In this document: positions 1 to 9,796 of the stretch, one piece after another
Position numbering within the stretch: the stretch's first letter is position 1
Layout of the letters: each line of letters opens with the position of its first letter
Source of the DNA: an uncultured Candidatus Saccharibacteria bacterium
GTDB lineage: Bacteria; Patescibacteriota; Saccharimonadia; Saccharimonadales; UBA10212
Assembly: GCA_964400155.1 (NCBI GenBank)
Contig: CAYNSQ010000002.1
Span: 6,797 to 70,796 of the forward strand
Direction: 5' to 3'
Length of the DNA: 64,000 bases
Notes under the pieces: generated by a model
Seen by the model: only the letters and a program-made list of their open reading frames with translations
Told to the model about the DNA's origin: nothing
Database searches by the model: none
Position numbers and translations under genes: made by a program

Positions 1-2
1 CA

Positions 3-903
<901 letters not shown>

Positions 904-910
904 GTAGGGA

Positions 911-1066
911 GCTTCGCGCAAACCGGGCTCTCGGTTGTAGATTTTTATCTATGATTGGGCGAAACAAATAATAAAAACGGTTTGCAAAAAGTTAGATCGC
1001 TCGGGCCCACGGGTGGGCTGCGCGAAGCCAACAAAAACGCTCTGCTATCAAAGCAGGGCTTTTTTG
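911..1066 (+). ncRNA. candidate small structured RNA, unclassified (independent sRNA or cis-leader)
   Basis: A perfect 10-bp GC-rich closing helix pairs GCTTCGCGCA (911-920) with TGCGCGAAGC (1019-1028). Internal hairpins lie at 921-936, 938-951 and 1005-1018, with an A-rich segment at 961-990. The unit ends in an intrinsic terminator and has its own upstream promoter. Confidence 0.45.
1039..1066 (+). terminator. intrinsic terminator
   Basis: GCTCTGCT (1039-1046) pairs with AGCAGGGC (1052-1059) as an 8-bp stem with one G-U and an ATCAA loop. It is followed by TTTTTTG. Confidence 0.7.
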
Positions 1067-1086
1067 TTTGTGTATATAATATAACT

Positions 1087-1539
1087 ATGCCAAACCCAGA
1101 CCTAACTAGACGAGTAAAAGATAATTTACTGTATATTATTGAAGCATCTATAGGTAGTAAGATGTTTCAGCATATTTATGTGGTAGACATAAATGGCAAG
1201 CAATTTGATGCAACTGATAGTGGTGACAAATCTTGCGCATATCACACATCAGGCGTTCTGGCTTTGGTTGACCTGATAGATAGGCCTCATGCCACTGTAG
1301 CTACCACACTTGAAAAGATGGGCGAGGCTGGCTGGGTAGAAAATAAGGATCTTACAGCTGGGTGTGTAGTCTTGTGGCCGGGGGACAACGGTACGCTGGA
1401 ACACACCGGTTTTTATTTGGGAGATGATAAGTACGTCAGTAATTCATCGTATGAAAAAGTCCCAGTATTGCACGGTAATGCATTAAAAGATGGTCGTAAG
1501 CCATCTAAGTACTTTACTCATCCACAATTGCTCAAATAA
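1087..1539 (+). CDS. hypothetical protein with an NlpC/P60-like (papain-fold Cys/His) signature
   Basis: The ATG at 1087 is chosen over the track start at 955, which lies inside the RNA/terminator. Candidate catalytic Cys is in DKSCAYHTSG and His in LEHTGFYLGDDKYVSNSS, resembling the HxGIYxG..fIHaS pattern of NlpC/P60. No signal peptide is seen. TATAAT at 1075-1080 sits 6 nt before the ATG. Confidence 0.5.
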   Translation: MPNPDLTRRVKDNLLYIIEASIGSKMFQHIYVVDINGKQFDATDSGDKSCAYHTSGVLALVDLIDRPHATVATTLEKMGEAGWVENKDLTAGCVVLWPGDNGTLEHTGFYLGDDKYVSNSSYEKVPVLHGNALKDGRKPSKYFTHPQLLK

Positions 1540-1573
1540 CCAATAAATGCTAAAATCGTATCTGTTATTTCGT

Positions 1574-1650
1574 GGGGCTATAGCTCAGTTGGCTAGAGCG
1601 CTTGCATGGCATGCAAGAAGTCAGGAGTTCGAGTCTCCTTAGCTCCACCA
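1574..1650 (+). tRNA. tRNA-Ala (anticodon GGC), CCA encoded
   Basis: Cloverleaf read by hand. Acceptor GGGGCTA/TAGCTCC carries the G3:U70 Ala identity pair. The anticodon arm is CTTGC-ATGGCAT-GCAAG and the T-arm is AGGAG-TTCGAGT-CTCCT, followed by ACCA. Confidence 0.9.
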
Positions 1651-1671
1651 AAATCTACAGATAGGAATTTA

Positions 1672-1899
1672 ATGAAAGAAACAGGCAATAATATATTCGC
1701 GGGCGATCCATACGGTGTTTCAAGGGTTGAACATGAGGAGTTACGTACTGACTTTGGCGTCCCTGAGACTGAGTTATCTGCTGCTGATCAACAATCAATA
1801 ATCGAAATGTATGCAGCTATAGCTAGACGAGAAGCCATCAGGACAAGCTCCGAAACTGATAGTGAAGTGTTTCGCAGAGAAAACAATCACGGTCGCTAA
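1672..1899 (+). CDS. small hypothetical protein (75 aa)
   Basis: This is the internal ATG of track ORF 1606-1899. The upstream part of that ORF overlaps the tRNA-Ala gene and is discarded. No recognisable motifs. Confidence 0.4.
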   Translation: MKETGNNIFAGDPYGVSRVEHEELRTDFGVPETELSAADQQSIIEMYAAIARREAIRTSSETDSEVFRRENNHGR

Positions 1900-1912
1900 T
1901 GGTGGCCAATAA

Positions 1913-2602
1913 ATGCGCCTTAATGTTTATATAGCGCGAGCAGGTCTAGCATCTCGGCGTGGGGCGGATGAGATGATTAAGGCTGGGCGAGTTACGGTGA
2001 ATGGTGCGGTGGGGCAGTTGAATTCGGAAGTCACCGAGTCTGATGATGTGCTACTGGACGGTAAAAAGGTAGTACTACAGGGTTATAAATATATTTTGCT
2101 CTACAAACCAGCGGGGTATGTTACTACTTTGATGGACCCGCAAGGGCGCAGTAAAGTTACTGACTTAGTCCACATCAAAGAACGAGTAGTACCCGTTGGC
2201 AGACTGGATTTGGACACAACTGGAGCATTGCTTTTAACCAATGATGGAGAACTGGCTAATGCTCTGATGCACCCAAGTGGTGAAGTGGATAAAATTTATG
2301 ATGTTGAATTAGACAGAGCACCTAATCAAAAAATACTTAACATGTTAAGTATCGGTGTAATAATTGATGGCAAGAAAACGGCACCGGCAAACGCTAAATT
2401 GATTAGGAACAGTAAAATAGAACTGATAATTCATGAAGGACGCAAACACCAGGTAAAGAAAATGTGCGCCGCGGTGGGGCTGAAGGTAATTAAGTTGCAC
2501 CGTAGCCAATATGCCGGACTTAGCTTAATTGGACTCAAACCTGGACAATGGCGGGATTTGAAGGAACAAGAAGTTAAAACTTTGTTCAAAATGGTAGAAT
2601 AA
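1913..2602 (+). CDS. pseudouridine synthase, RsuA/RluB family
   Basis: N-terminal S4 domain (RLNVYIARAGLASRRGADEMIKAGRVTVNG) and catalytic motif VGRLDLDTTGALLLTNDG. Confidence 0.85.
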   Translation: MRLNVYIARAGLASRRGADEMIKAGRVTVNGAVGQLNSEVTESDDVLLDGKKVVLQGYKYILLYKPAGYVTTLMDPQGRSKVTDLVHIKERVVPVGRLDLDTTGALLLTNDGELANALMHPSGEVDKIYDVELDRAPNQKILNMLSIGVIIDGKKTAPANAKLIRNSKIELIIHEGRKHQVKKMCAAVGLKVIKLHRSQYAGLSLIGLKPGQWRDLKEQEVKTLFKMVE

Positions 2603-2611
2603 ACCATAGCA

Positions 2612-3514
2612 ATGAGGGGTAAAGAAATCATCTTAAAATGGTGGAGAGAAATTCCAAAAAGATATCGTTGGTTTGGGTTTGTCTCAATACTTTTGTTAGT
2701 AATTATCCTAAGTGTAATTTACTGGTATTACGCCTGTTATCAGAGCACTACCAAAACTTTTTGGTCTACTGTTGAAAACAATTTAGCGACCAAAAGCGTA
2801 GTTAAAAGCAACACTCAAAATAACGGAAAAACATCAATTGCAACTTACGTTGGGCTGTATTTTAACGGAAGACCAACCATGCAGTCTTTAAGGCAGATTA
2901 CCGATGGGACCACAACACCTGCGTCCAAACTAAGCATTGAAACAATCGGCACTGAATTAGCTGATTATCAGCGATATTCAAACATAGAACGACCATCCTT
3001 GAGCAATCAACAATTAGACTATTCTGAGGTTTACAAAATTTGGCTGAAGACATCATCTGATTCTCGTCCACCCAATCAACTGGCCAATAATATATTTGGA
3101 CCAATGTTGTTTGGTAATTTTAACTACACACAACGCAATGAACTCCTTGAACTACTTAAAAAAGCCTACCAACCAACTTTCTCAGGACAATCTAAAATAG
3201 ACGGAAAGAGGGTATACAAATACAGTGTAAAAGTTGATATGCTTAAATATGCCGAGGCGGTAGAACGCTATATAAAATTAACTGGTTTGAGGGGTAGTAA
3301 TATCTCAAAGTCTTCCTTCCAGAATGATGCAAAGTTAGCATTAACGATGAAAATTGATGTTAACTCAAGACAAATTGTTAGCATCGACCCCGGAGAAGGT
3401 AAGGGAGTTGTAGAAGACTATTCATCATATGGACTTAGTAAAGAAATTAACAAACCAGCCAAAATTTATACAATTGCCGATTTACAAAAAGCCATCCAGT
3501 CCGCATCCCAATAG
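2612..3514 (+). CDS. membrane-anchored hypothetical protein
   Basis: Single N-terminal TM (FGFVSILLLVIILSVIYWYY) followed by an extracytoplasmic domain. The segment KRVYKYSVKVDMLKYAEAVERYIKLTG resembles TSVLVYKVEINQEKLSELNEKIANILG in the next gene. Confidence 0.6.
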   Translation: MRGKEIILKWWREIPKRYRWFGFVSILLLVIILSVIYWYYACYQSTTKTFWSTVENNLATKSVVKSNTQNNGKTSIATYVGLYFNGRPTMQSLRQITDGTTTPASKLSIETIGTELADYQRYSNIERPSLSNQQLDYSEVYKIWLKTSSDSRPPNQLANNIFGPMLFGNFNYTQRNELLELLKKAYQPTFSGQSKIDGKRVYKYSVKVDMLKYAEAVERYIKLTGLRGSNISKSSFQNDAKLALTMKIDVNSRQIVSIDPGEGKGVVEDYSSYGLSKEINKPAKIYTIADLQKAIQSASQ

Positions 3515-3656
3515 ATTTATAAATTTTTAGGATCTTCTACCCGCAACATTGGCATTCTTAATCTGTATACTAACGCTAGTCATCACCGGGCGAGTTAGAC
3601 ACTTTCGAGTTATCGGAGTATACTTTGATTCTAGTAAGCATAAGAAAAAATAAAAA

Positions 3657-5126
3657 ATGCCTCCAAACCAAGATCCCTCTGCTCCTGATAGAAATACCCC
3701 GTTCGATCCATCAACTATTCCTGTTGGTGCCCAAAACCACCCGCTCTTTAGAGACGCTATATCACCGTCAAGTAAGACGGTTGATGATTCTCAAATGCCA
3801 ACAGCTCCAGCTGTCTTTCCTGAATCTTTTCAAACACCTGGTCAAAGCATGCCCCAGTACCAGACGCAACAGCCTACTGGTAAGAAAAAAAAGTATGTGT
3901 TTTTGGCAATTGCCTCATTACTGTTGTTGGTGGGAGGTATATCTACAGCAAGTTATGTATACTTAACAAAAACCGACCCTGACAAACTTTATAACAACTT
4001 GATTAGTAACTCTCTCAAAGTTACATCCTATCATCAAATAACTACAGAAAAAGACACTGATGGTTCTTTATACTCAAAATCCGATATCAAGGTGGACTTA
4101 TCCGATATAAAAAACCCTAAGTCAAGCACTGTACATACTTTTGATGAAAAAAGTACCGAATTACCGTCAAAACTGGAGACCTACGGTGCAAAAAACACCT
4201 ATTTAAAGGTCAGCACAAAGGATGCCGCTAGTTTTGGGATAGTTCCCGAATATGTTGATAAATGGGTAAAAATTGAAAGCCAAGCTAGTGTTGAAGATGG
4301 GTCGCTGTCACAGTATTTTGAGGCACTTGCTGATGCCAAAACTAATTTATTCGGACACTTTGCTATAGGTAATTATTCTGACGCTGACAGACAAGAGCTG
4401 AGTTCTTTCATAATCAACAATAAAGTGTATGCCTATGATAAAACCCAAGTTACCAAAGAAGATCTCAATGGCACATCGGTTCTTGTCTATAAAGTCGAGA
4501 TTAATCAAGAAAAATTATCAGAACTAAATGAAAAGATCGCCAATATACTTGGTGTGGATAAGGAAAGTCTAGCTCTTTTTGAAATTCAGGGATTCAGCGA
4601 GATTAAAAAAGCGAAACTGTATGTTGATAGTAAGAGAGCAGTATTATTGAAGGTGACAGCAGATACAGACGTTGGCACAACTGAAAACGTCTATTCAGAG
4701 TACGGGACAACTGTAATTCCTGAAGAGCCAAAATCAGAGGCAAATTTTGAACAGGCCTTTAATTTGGATGATCTTTTGAATATTGAAGAAGGAACTCAGG
4801 GGAACGACATTGAGCGCAAGACTGATATTAATGTTCTGGCTTCACACCTTGAGGCTTTTAATGCACAAAATGGATACTACCCAACACTTGAAAATTTGAA
4901 CGATCCTGCGTTTCGTGCAGATAATATGCAAGGCCTGGAAGTTGATGCTCTTAAAGATCCTGATGGTAACGCTTCAGTTGTCTCAGCGTCTCCTTCAGTT
5001 CATGTCTATGCTTATACTGTCAATCCTGCTGAGTGTGATAACGGCGAAAACGGTGATTGTACAATGTATACTCTGACCGCAACACTTGATAGTGGCGGCA
5101 CGTATGTCAAACAAAGTCTAAACTAG
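3657..5126 (+). CDS. membrane-anchored protein with a Pro-rich N-terminus and a C-terminal type IV pilin-like globular domain
   Basis: The Pro/Gln-rich cytoplasmic head is followed by a KKKK motif and a TM (VFLAIASLLLLVGGISTASYVYL). The C-terminal NDIERKTDINVLASHLEAFNAQNGYYP matches the pilin/pseudopilin pattern (RDxxRKSDLxxIxxALExYxxDNGxYP), and there is a terminal Cys pair (AECDNGENGDC). Confidence 0.6.
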   Translation: MPPNQDPSAPDRNTPFDPSTIPVGAQNHPLFRDAISPSSKTVDDSQMPTAPAVFPESFQTPGQSMPQYQTQQPTGKKKKYVFLAIASLLLLVGGISTASYVYLTKTDPDKLYNNLISNSLKVTSYHQITTEKDTDGSLYSKSDIKVDLSDIKNPKSSTVHTFDEKSTELPSKLETYGAKNTYLKVSTKDAASFGIVPEYVDKWVKIESQASVEDGSLSQYFEALADAKTNLFGHFAIGNYSDADRQELSSFIINNKVYAYDKTQVTKEDLNGTSVLVYKVEINQEKLSELNEKIANILGVDKESLALFEIQGFSEIKKAKLYVDSKRAVLLKVTADTDVGTTENVYSEYGTTVIPEEPKSEANFEQAFNLDDLLNIEEGTQGNDIERKTDINVLASHLEAFNAQNGYYPTLENLNDPAFRADNMQGLEVDALKDPDGNASVVSASPSVHVYAYTVNPAECDNGENGDCTMYTLTATLDSGGTYVKQSLN

Positions 5127-5155
5127 CCTTTCAACTCTTGTATACTTATTAACAT

Positions 5156-6418
5156 ATGAAAAAGCTGGGCAAACAAACAATAACTGCCGTTTTGGGTTGG
5201 CAGACTAGACGGTTATACAAAAATAGAAATTTTAAGGTAGTAGCGGTTGCAGGTAGCGTGGGAAAAACCAGCACCAAATTGGCAATCGCAAGTACATTGT
5301 CTGCTAAATACAAAGTTCAATATCAAACAGGGAACTATAACGACCCTATAAGCGTGCCTTTAATATTTTTTGGCCACAAAATGCCACACATATTTAATTT
5401 AATTGCTTGGTTTGGTATTTTTATAAAAAACGAGAAAATGTTAAGGAGTGAATACCCATTCGATGTAGTAGTGGTGGAGCTAGGCACTGACATACCAGGA
5501 ACAATGATTCAGTTTAAAAAATCCCTAAAGGTAGATATAGGTGTTTTAAGCGCAATAGCACCGGAACATATGGAAAATTTTACTGACCTATATTCAGTTG
5601 CTGAAGAAGAGTTTACGATTAAAGAATACTCATCACTGCTTCTCGTAAATTCAGATATGTGTGATAAAAAATATTTAACAACTCTGGGTGATAAATTTAT
5701 TAGTTATGGTCGGTCAGGCGACTACAAAATTTCAGATATAAATTTTGATAGTGCAGGTGCAAATTTCATTGTTAGCAAAGACTCGCGACGCATTATAAAA
5801 GCGTCACACGAGTCATTTGCAGAACCACAGCTTCATTCGCTACTAGCTGCTGTAGCAGTATCTGACATGATGGGGCTGAGTAATAAGGATATAGAACTTG
5901 GACTTAAGAAAATTAGACCAGTTGCTGGAAGGATGCAACGGCTGAACGGTGTTAAAAATTCGACAATTATAGATGATAGCTACAATGCTAGTCCTCAAGC
6001 CGTTTTGGCAGCTCTAGATACTTTATATAGGTTGCCTGCAAAACATAAGATTGCGGTATTGGGAAATATGAATGAACTTGGTAAGTACTCAGTTGAAGAA
6101 CATACTAAAATTGGAAAATACTGTGATCCTCGGAAGTTAGATCTTGTAGTGACAATTGGTCCAGATGCCAATAAATACATTGCATCGGCAGCTAAGAAAA
6201 ATGGTTGTAAAGTTGAATCTTTTGATAATCCATACGCTGTCGGCGAATATGTGAAGTCGCGTCTTGAAAATGATACTCTGGTGTTGGTGAAAGGTTCACA
6301 AAATAAAGTATATGCAGAAGAGGCAGTAAAAATATTGTTAGCAAATCCGTCAGATACAGACAAATTAGTCCGACAGTCTAAAAATTGGATGAGAGTTAAA
6401 GCTAAAAACTTTTCATGA
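5156..6418 (+). CDS. murF: Mur ligase, MurF-type (UDP-MurNAc-tripeptide--D-Ala-D-Ala ligase), lacking the usual N-terminal domain
   Basis: The P-loop VAVAGSVGKTSTK already occurs at residues ~30-42. Other matches are GNYNDPISVPL and DDSYNASP (MurF DDxYNANP). The stop overlaps the ddl start. Confidence 0.75.
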   Translation: MKKLGKQTITAVLGWQTRRLYKNRNFKVVAVAGSVGKTSTKLAIASTLSAKYKVQYQTGNYNDPISVPLIFFGHKMPHIFNLIAWFGIFIKNEKMLRSEYPFDVVVVELGTDIPGTMIQFKKSLKVDIGVLSAIAPEHMENFTDLYSVAEEEFTIKEYSSLLLVNSDMCDKKYLTTLGDKFISYGRSGDYKISDINFDSAGANFIVSKDSRRIIKASHESFAEPQLHSLLAAVAVSDMMGLSNKDIELGLKKIRPVAGRMQRLNGVKNSTIIDDSYNASPQAVLAALDTLYRLPAKHKIAVLGNMNELGKYSVEEHTKIGKYCDPRKLDLVVTIGPDANKYIASAAKKNGCKVESFDNPYAVGEYVKSRLENDTLVLVKGSQNKVYAEEAVKILLANPSDTDKLVRQSKNWMRVKAKNFS

Positions 6419-7329
6419 GTCAAAAAGTCTTAGTCTTGGGAGGTGGAAATTCGCCAGAACGTGAAGTATCCCTGCGCTCAGCCAAATCGGTTGCTGAAGC
6501 CGCGAGGCAAGCAGACTATGATGTAACTGAAGCCGATCCCGCCGATGGACTTGATATTCTAGACCAATTTAACAAGGACACAGTAGTGTTACCGATTCTT
6601 CATGGAGCGGGCGGTGAGGACGGTGTTCTCCAAGCTGAACTGGAAAGTAGAAAATTACCATTTTTAGGCGCAAGTAGTGAATCATCGAAAAACTGCTTCG
6701 ACAAGTGGCTGACTAGGGAACTATTGGTTGCTAATGAAATTCCTATGGCACAGGCGGTTCGTACCAATAAGTTAGACTACTCTGGTCAGGAACTTGCCAA
6801 AAAACCACACGTACTGAAAGTACTGCATGGTGGTTCTAGTATTGGTACGCTAGTTGTACGTGACCCGACTAAAATTACCAATGAACAGTTAGACGAATTA
6901 TTTGGTTTGGAGAATGATGCGGTTCTTGAAGAACTAATTGAAGGAGTGGAGATTACAGTGCCAATTCTAGATGAATGCGCTCTAATGCCACTTGAAATAC
7001 AGCCACCAGATAGTGGCGAGTTTGATTATGAAAACAAATACAACGGCGCTACAAAAGAACTTTGTCCACCACCGTCCCTAAAGAATGATCAAATTGTTCT
7101 AGCTCAAAAGTTAGCAGAGAGAGTTCATTCTGTAACAAGATGCAGGCATCTTAGTAGGGTGGACATTATGATGGATAAAAATGGCGACATGTATGTTCTG
7201 GAGATCAATACAATTCCGGGCTTAACAGATCAAAGTTTATATCCAAAATCAGCCGCTCAAGCCGGCTATAGTATGCCACAGTTAGTGACGAAGTTTGTTG
7301 AAATGGTTAAGCGAGATTACGCTCTCTAG
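6415..7329 (+). CDS. ddl: D-alanine--D-alanine ligase
   Basis: ATP-grasp pattern: LHGxxGEDG (PILHGAGGEDGVLQ) and EINTIPGLT. It overlaps murF by 4 nt. Confidence 0.9.
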   Translation: MSQKVLVLGGGNSPEREVSLRSAKSVAEAARQADYDVTEADPADGLDILDQFNKDTVVLPILHGAGGEDGVLQAELESRKLPFLGASSESSKNCFDKWLTRELLVANEIPMAQAVRTNKLDYSGQELAKKPHVLKVLHGGSSIGTLVVRDPTKITNEQLDELFGLENDAVLEELIEGVEITVPILDECALMPLEIQPPDSGEFDYENKYNGATKELCPPPSLKNDQIVLAQKLAERVHSVTRCRHLSRVDIMMDKNGDMYVLEINTIPGLTDQSLYPKSAAQAGYSMPQLVTKFVEMVKRDYAL

Positions 7330-7357
7330 TTTCTTATCTGTTAAACTTTAAGTTGAA

Positions 7358-9796
7358 ATGCAAAGATACAATCCATCTGAAATAGAGCCGAAATGGCAAA
7401 AAATTTGGGACGATAACCAGATCTATAAGGCTGATCTGGATTCTGAAAAGACCAAGTACATTGCAATGAGTATGTTCAATTATCCTAGCGGTGCGGGTAT
7501 TCATATTGGTCACGCCATGAATTACACCATTTCAGATGTCATGGCTCGGTTCAAACGTCAACAAGGTTATGAAAGCTACCACCCCGTTGGCTGGGATGCA
7601 TTTGGACTGCCGGCAGAGAATTTTGCCATCAAATCAGGTGTTTCACCTCAAGCTTCGATGGCCAAAATAATTCCCGACTACCACAGACAGTACAAAGCTA
7701 TGGGATGGAGCAATGACTGGAGCAAGGAAATATCAACTCATAATCCTGAGTATTACAAATGGACGCAGTGGATATTTTCACAAATGTATAAAGCAGGTCT
7801 AGCCTACCAAGACTCAAGAATGCAGTGGTGGTGCACAAAGTGTCAAACTGTTCTAGCAGACGAACAAGTGATAGATGGCAAATGCTGGAGGCATGATAGT
7901 AAAGACGATTTAATTGTAGAGAAAAAGGAAGTCAAGCAGTGGTTTTTCAAAATTACAGATTACGCAGATGAATTGCTTGAAGCTACGGAAGACCTTGATT
8001 GGTCTGATGCCGTAAAAATCGCTCAAAAAAATTGGATAGGTAAATCCGTCGGTGCCGAGATTGACTTCAAAGTAGATGGTCAAGATGAAGAAATCAAGGT
8101 ATTTACCACTAGGCCGGATACTATTTTTGGAGCGACGTTTCTGGTGCTGGCACCAGAGCACAATTTAGTCAGCCAGCTGACAGTCGATAGCCAAAAGTCG
8201 ATAGTCGAAAGCTATGTTGAGAAAGTTTTACGCAAAACCGAGGTGGAGCGGCAGGCTGATAAGGAAAAATCAGGTGTCTTCACAGGAAGTTATGCTCTCA
8301 ACCCGGCCAATAATGAAAGAATTCCCATATGGATAGCTGAGTATGTACTAACTGGTTACGGCACCGGAGCTATTATGGCTGTGCCGGCACATGATGAACG
8401 TGATTTTGAATTTGCCAAAAAGTTCGAGATTCCGGTAGTTGAAGTCATAAAAAAGCCAAAAGACTCAGAAGAAATATTTACTGGTGAAGGAGAATTGATT
8501 AATTCTGGGGACTATAGCGGGTTGAACAGTGCTGATGCTCGCGAGAAAATTACTGCGAAATTTGGAACCGAAAAAGTTAACTACAAAATGCGCGACTGGA
8601 GTGTTAGTCGACAGCGCTATTGGGGTGCACCAATTCCAATTATCCACTGCGAAAAATGCGGGCTAGTTTTGGTTGAAGACAAAGACTTACCCGTAGTTTT
8701 GCCAGAACTAGAAGATTTTCAACCGAGCGGTGATGGCAGGAGTGCACTTGCAAGAGCGTTAGAGTGGTTGAACGTGACATGTTCAAAGTGTGGTGGACCG
8801 GCTCAGCGCGAAACAGATACACTGGACACCTATATATGCAGTAGCTGGTATTTCTTACGCTACTTTGATCCAAACAACTCTGATCAACCCTTCGACAAGC
8901 TCAGGGTAAACAAATGGATGCCCATAGACTTTTATAATGGTGGTGATCATGCCACGGCGCATATGTTGTATGCCAGGTTTGTGACTCGGTTTTTTCACAA
9001 ATTGGGGTTGGTGGAACATCCGGAGCCGTTTAAAAAATTCCTATATAACGGAAAGGTTACTGCTTCTGACGGTAGCAACTTCAGCAAAAGCAAAGGTAAT
9101 GGTGTAGACCCATTAGAAATTATCGAACAAGGATACGGAGCCGATGCCTTGCGAACATATTTAATGTTTGCCGCACCGTTAGACCTTTGGATTCGTTGGG
9201 ATCCTCAAGGAGTCCCCGGGGCTTATAGGTTTCTAAACAGAGTCTGGACACTATGCCAAGAATACTTGGCAGAAATTGAAAGTGAAAAGTCAAATGTAGA
9301 AAGTCACAACAACGATCTCTTAAAACTTGCGCACAAAACAATTAAAAAGGTGACTCACGACCTTGAACATCAAAAATACAATACGGCGATTGCCGCGATG
9401 ATGAAAATGACCAACGATTTGTACGAAGAAAAAGCAAAAAATGGATTTTCAAATTCTGATGACTGGAAATTTGCTCTAGAGAGTCTGACCCAACTTGTAG
9501 CGCCATTTGCGCCTCACATAGCCGATGAAATTTGGCAAAAGTTGGGCTACCAAGATTCAGTAAATAAAGACCACTGGCCTCAATGGGACGAATCAATGGT
9601 GGTCGAAGATACCTTAATAATAGCTGTTCAAATAAACGGTAAAGTGCGTGCTGAAATTGAAGTAAATGCAGACGTTTCTGAAGAAGAGGCAGTGAACTTA
9701 GCAAAGTCTAACGAAAAAGTCAGATCTCAGATCGCAGACAAGAAAATTAAAAAAGCAATTTACGTGCCTGGTCGATTGGTTAGCTTTGTGGTTTAG
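7358..9796 (+). CDS. leuS: leucine--tRNA ligase
   Basis: 812 aa. HIGH-type motif (PSGAGIHIGHAMNY), KMSKS-type motif (NFSKSKGN), CP1 editing region and Zn-binding Cys clusters. Confidence 0.95.
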   Translation: MQRYNPSEIEPKWQKIWDDNQIYKADLDSEKTKYIAMSMFNYPSGAGIHIGHAMNYTISDVMARFKRQQGYESYHPVGWDAFGLPAENFAIKSGVSPQASMAKIIPDYHRQYKAMGWSNDWSKEISTHNPEYYKWTQWIFSQMYKAGLAYQDSRMQWWCTKCQTVLADEQVIDGKCWRHDSKDDLIVEKKEVKQWFFKITDYADELLEATEDLDWSDAVKIAQKNWIGKSVGAEIDFKVDGQDEEIKVFTTRPDTIFGATFLVLAPEHNLVSQLTVDSQKSIVESYVEKVLRKTEVERQADKEKSGVFTGSYALNPANNERIPIWIAEYVLTGYGTGAIMAVPAHDERDFEFAKKFEIPVVEVIKKPKDSEEIFTGEGELINSGDYSGLNSADAREKITAKFGTEKVNYKMRDWSVSRQRYWGAPIPIIHCEKCGLVLVEDKDLPVVLPELEDFQPSGDGRSALARALEWLNVTCSKCGGPAQRETDTLDTYICSSWYFLRYFDPNNSDQPFDKLRVNKWMPIDFYNGGDHATAHMLYARFVTRFFHKLGLVEHPEPFKKFLYNGKVTASDGSNFSKSKGNGVDPLEIIEQGYGADALRTYLMFAAPLDLWIRWDPQGVPGAYRFLNRVWTLCQEYLAEIESEKSNVESHNNDLLKLAHKTIKKVTHDLEHQKYNTAIAAMMKMTNDLYEEKAKNGFSNSDDWKFALESLTQLVAPFAPHIADEIWQKLGYQDSVNKDHWPQWDESMVVEDTLIIAVQINGKVRAEIEVNADVSEEEAVNLAKSNEKVRSQIADKKIKKAIYVPGRLVSFVV

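Noticed and set aside
955-1086. Track start (955) of ORF 955-1539, and ORF 413-967 on the minus strand.
   Set aside because: The upstream extension runs through a GC-rich structured region and an intrinsic terminator, whereas the ATG at 1087 has its own -10 box. The minus-strand ORF is antisense to ligA and looks like a frame shadow.
1606-1671. N-terminal part of ORF 1606-1899.
   Set aside because: It overlaps the 3' half of tRNA-Ala on the same strand. The internal ATG at 1672 is used instead.
3625-3966. ORF 3625-3966 overlapping the start of 3657-5126 in another frame.
   Set aside because: The longer ORF has a coherent membrane-protein architecture. The overlapping frame is basic and low-complexity with no support.
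9780-9796. Convergent CDS overlaps: leuS with the hypothetical gene (17 nt), trxB with the GDPD gene at 50377-50414 (38 nt), and sbcB with the small ORF at 57094-57147.
   Set aside because: Short convergent overlaps are plausible in compact genomes and may partly reflect uncertain ends. There is no independent sign of antisense regulation.
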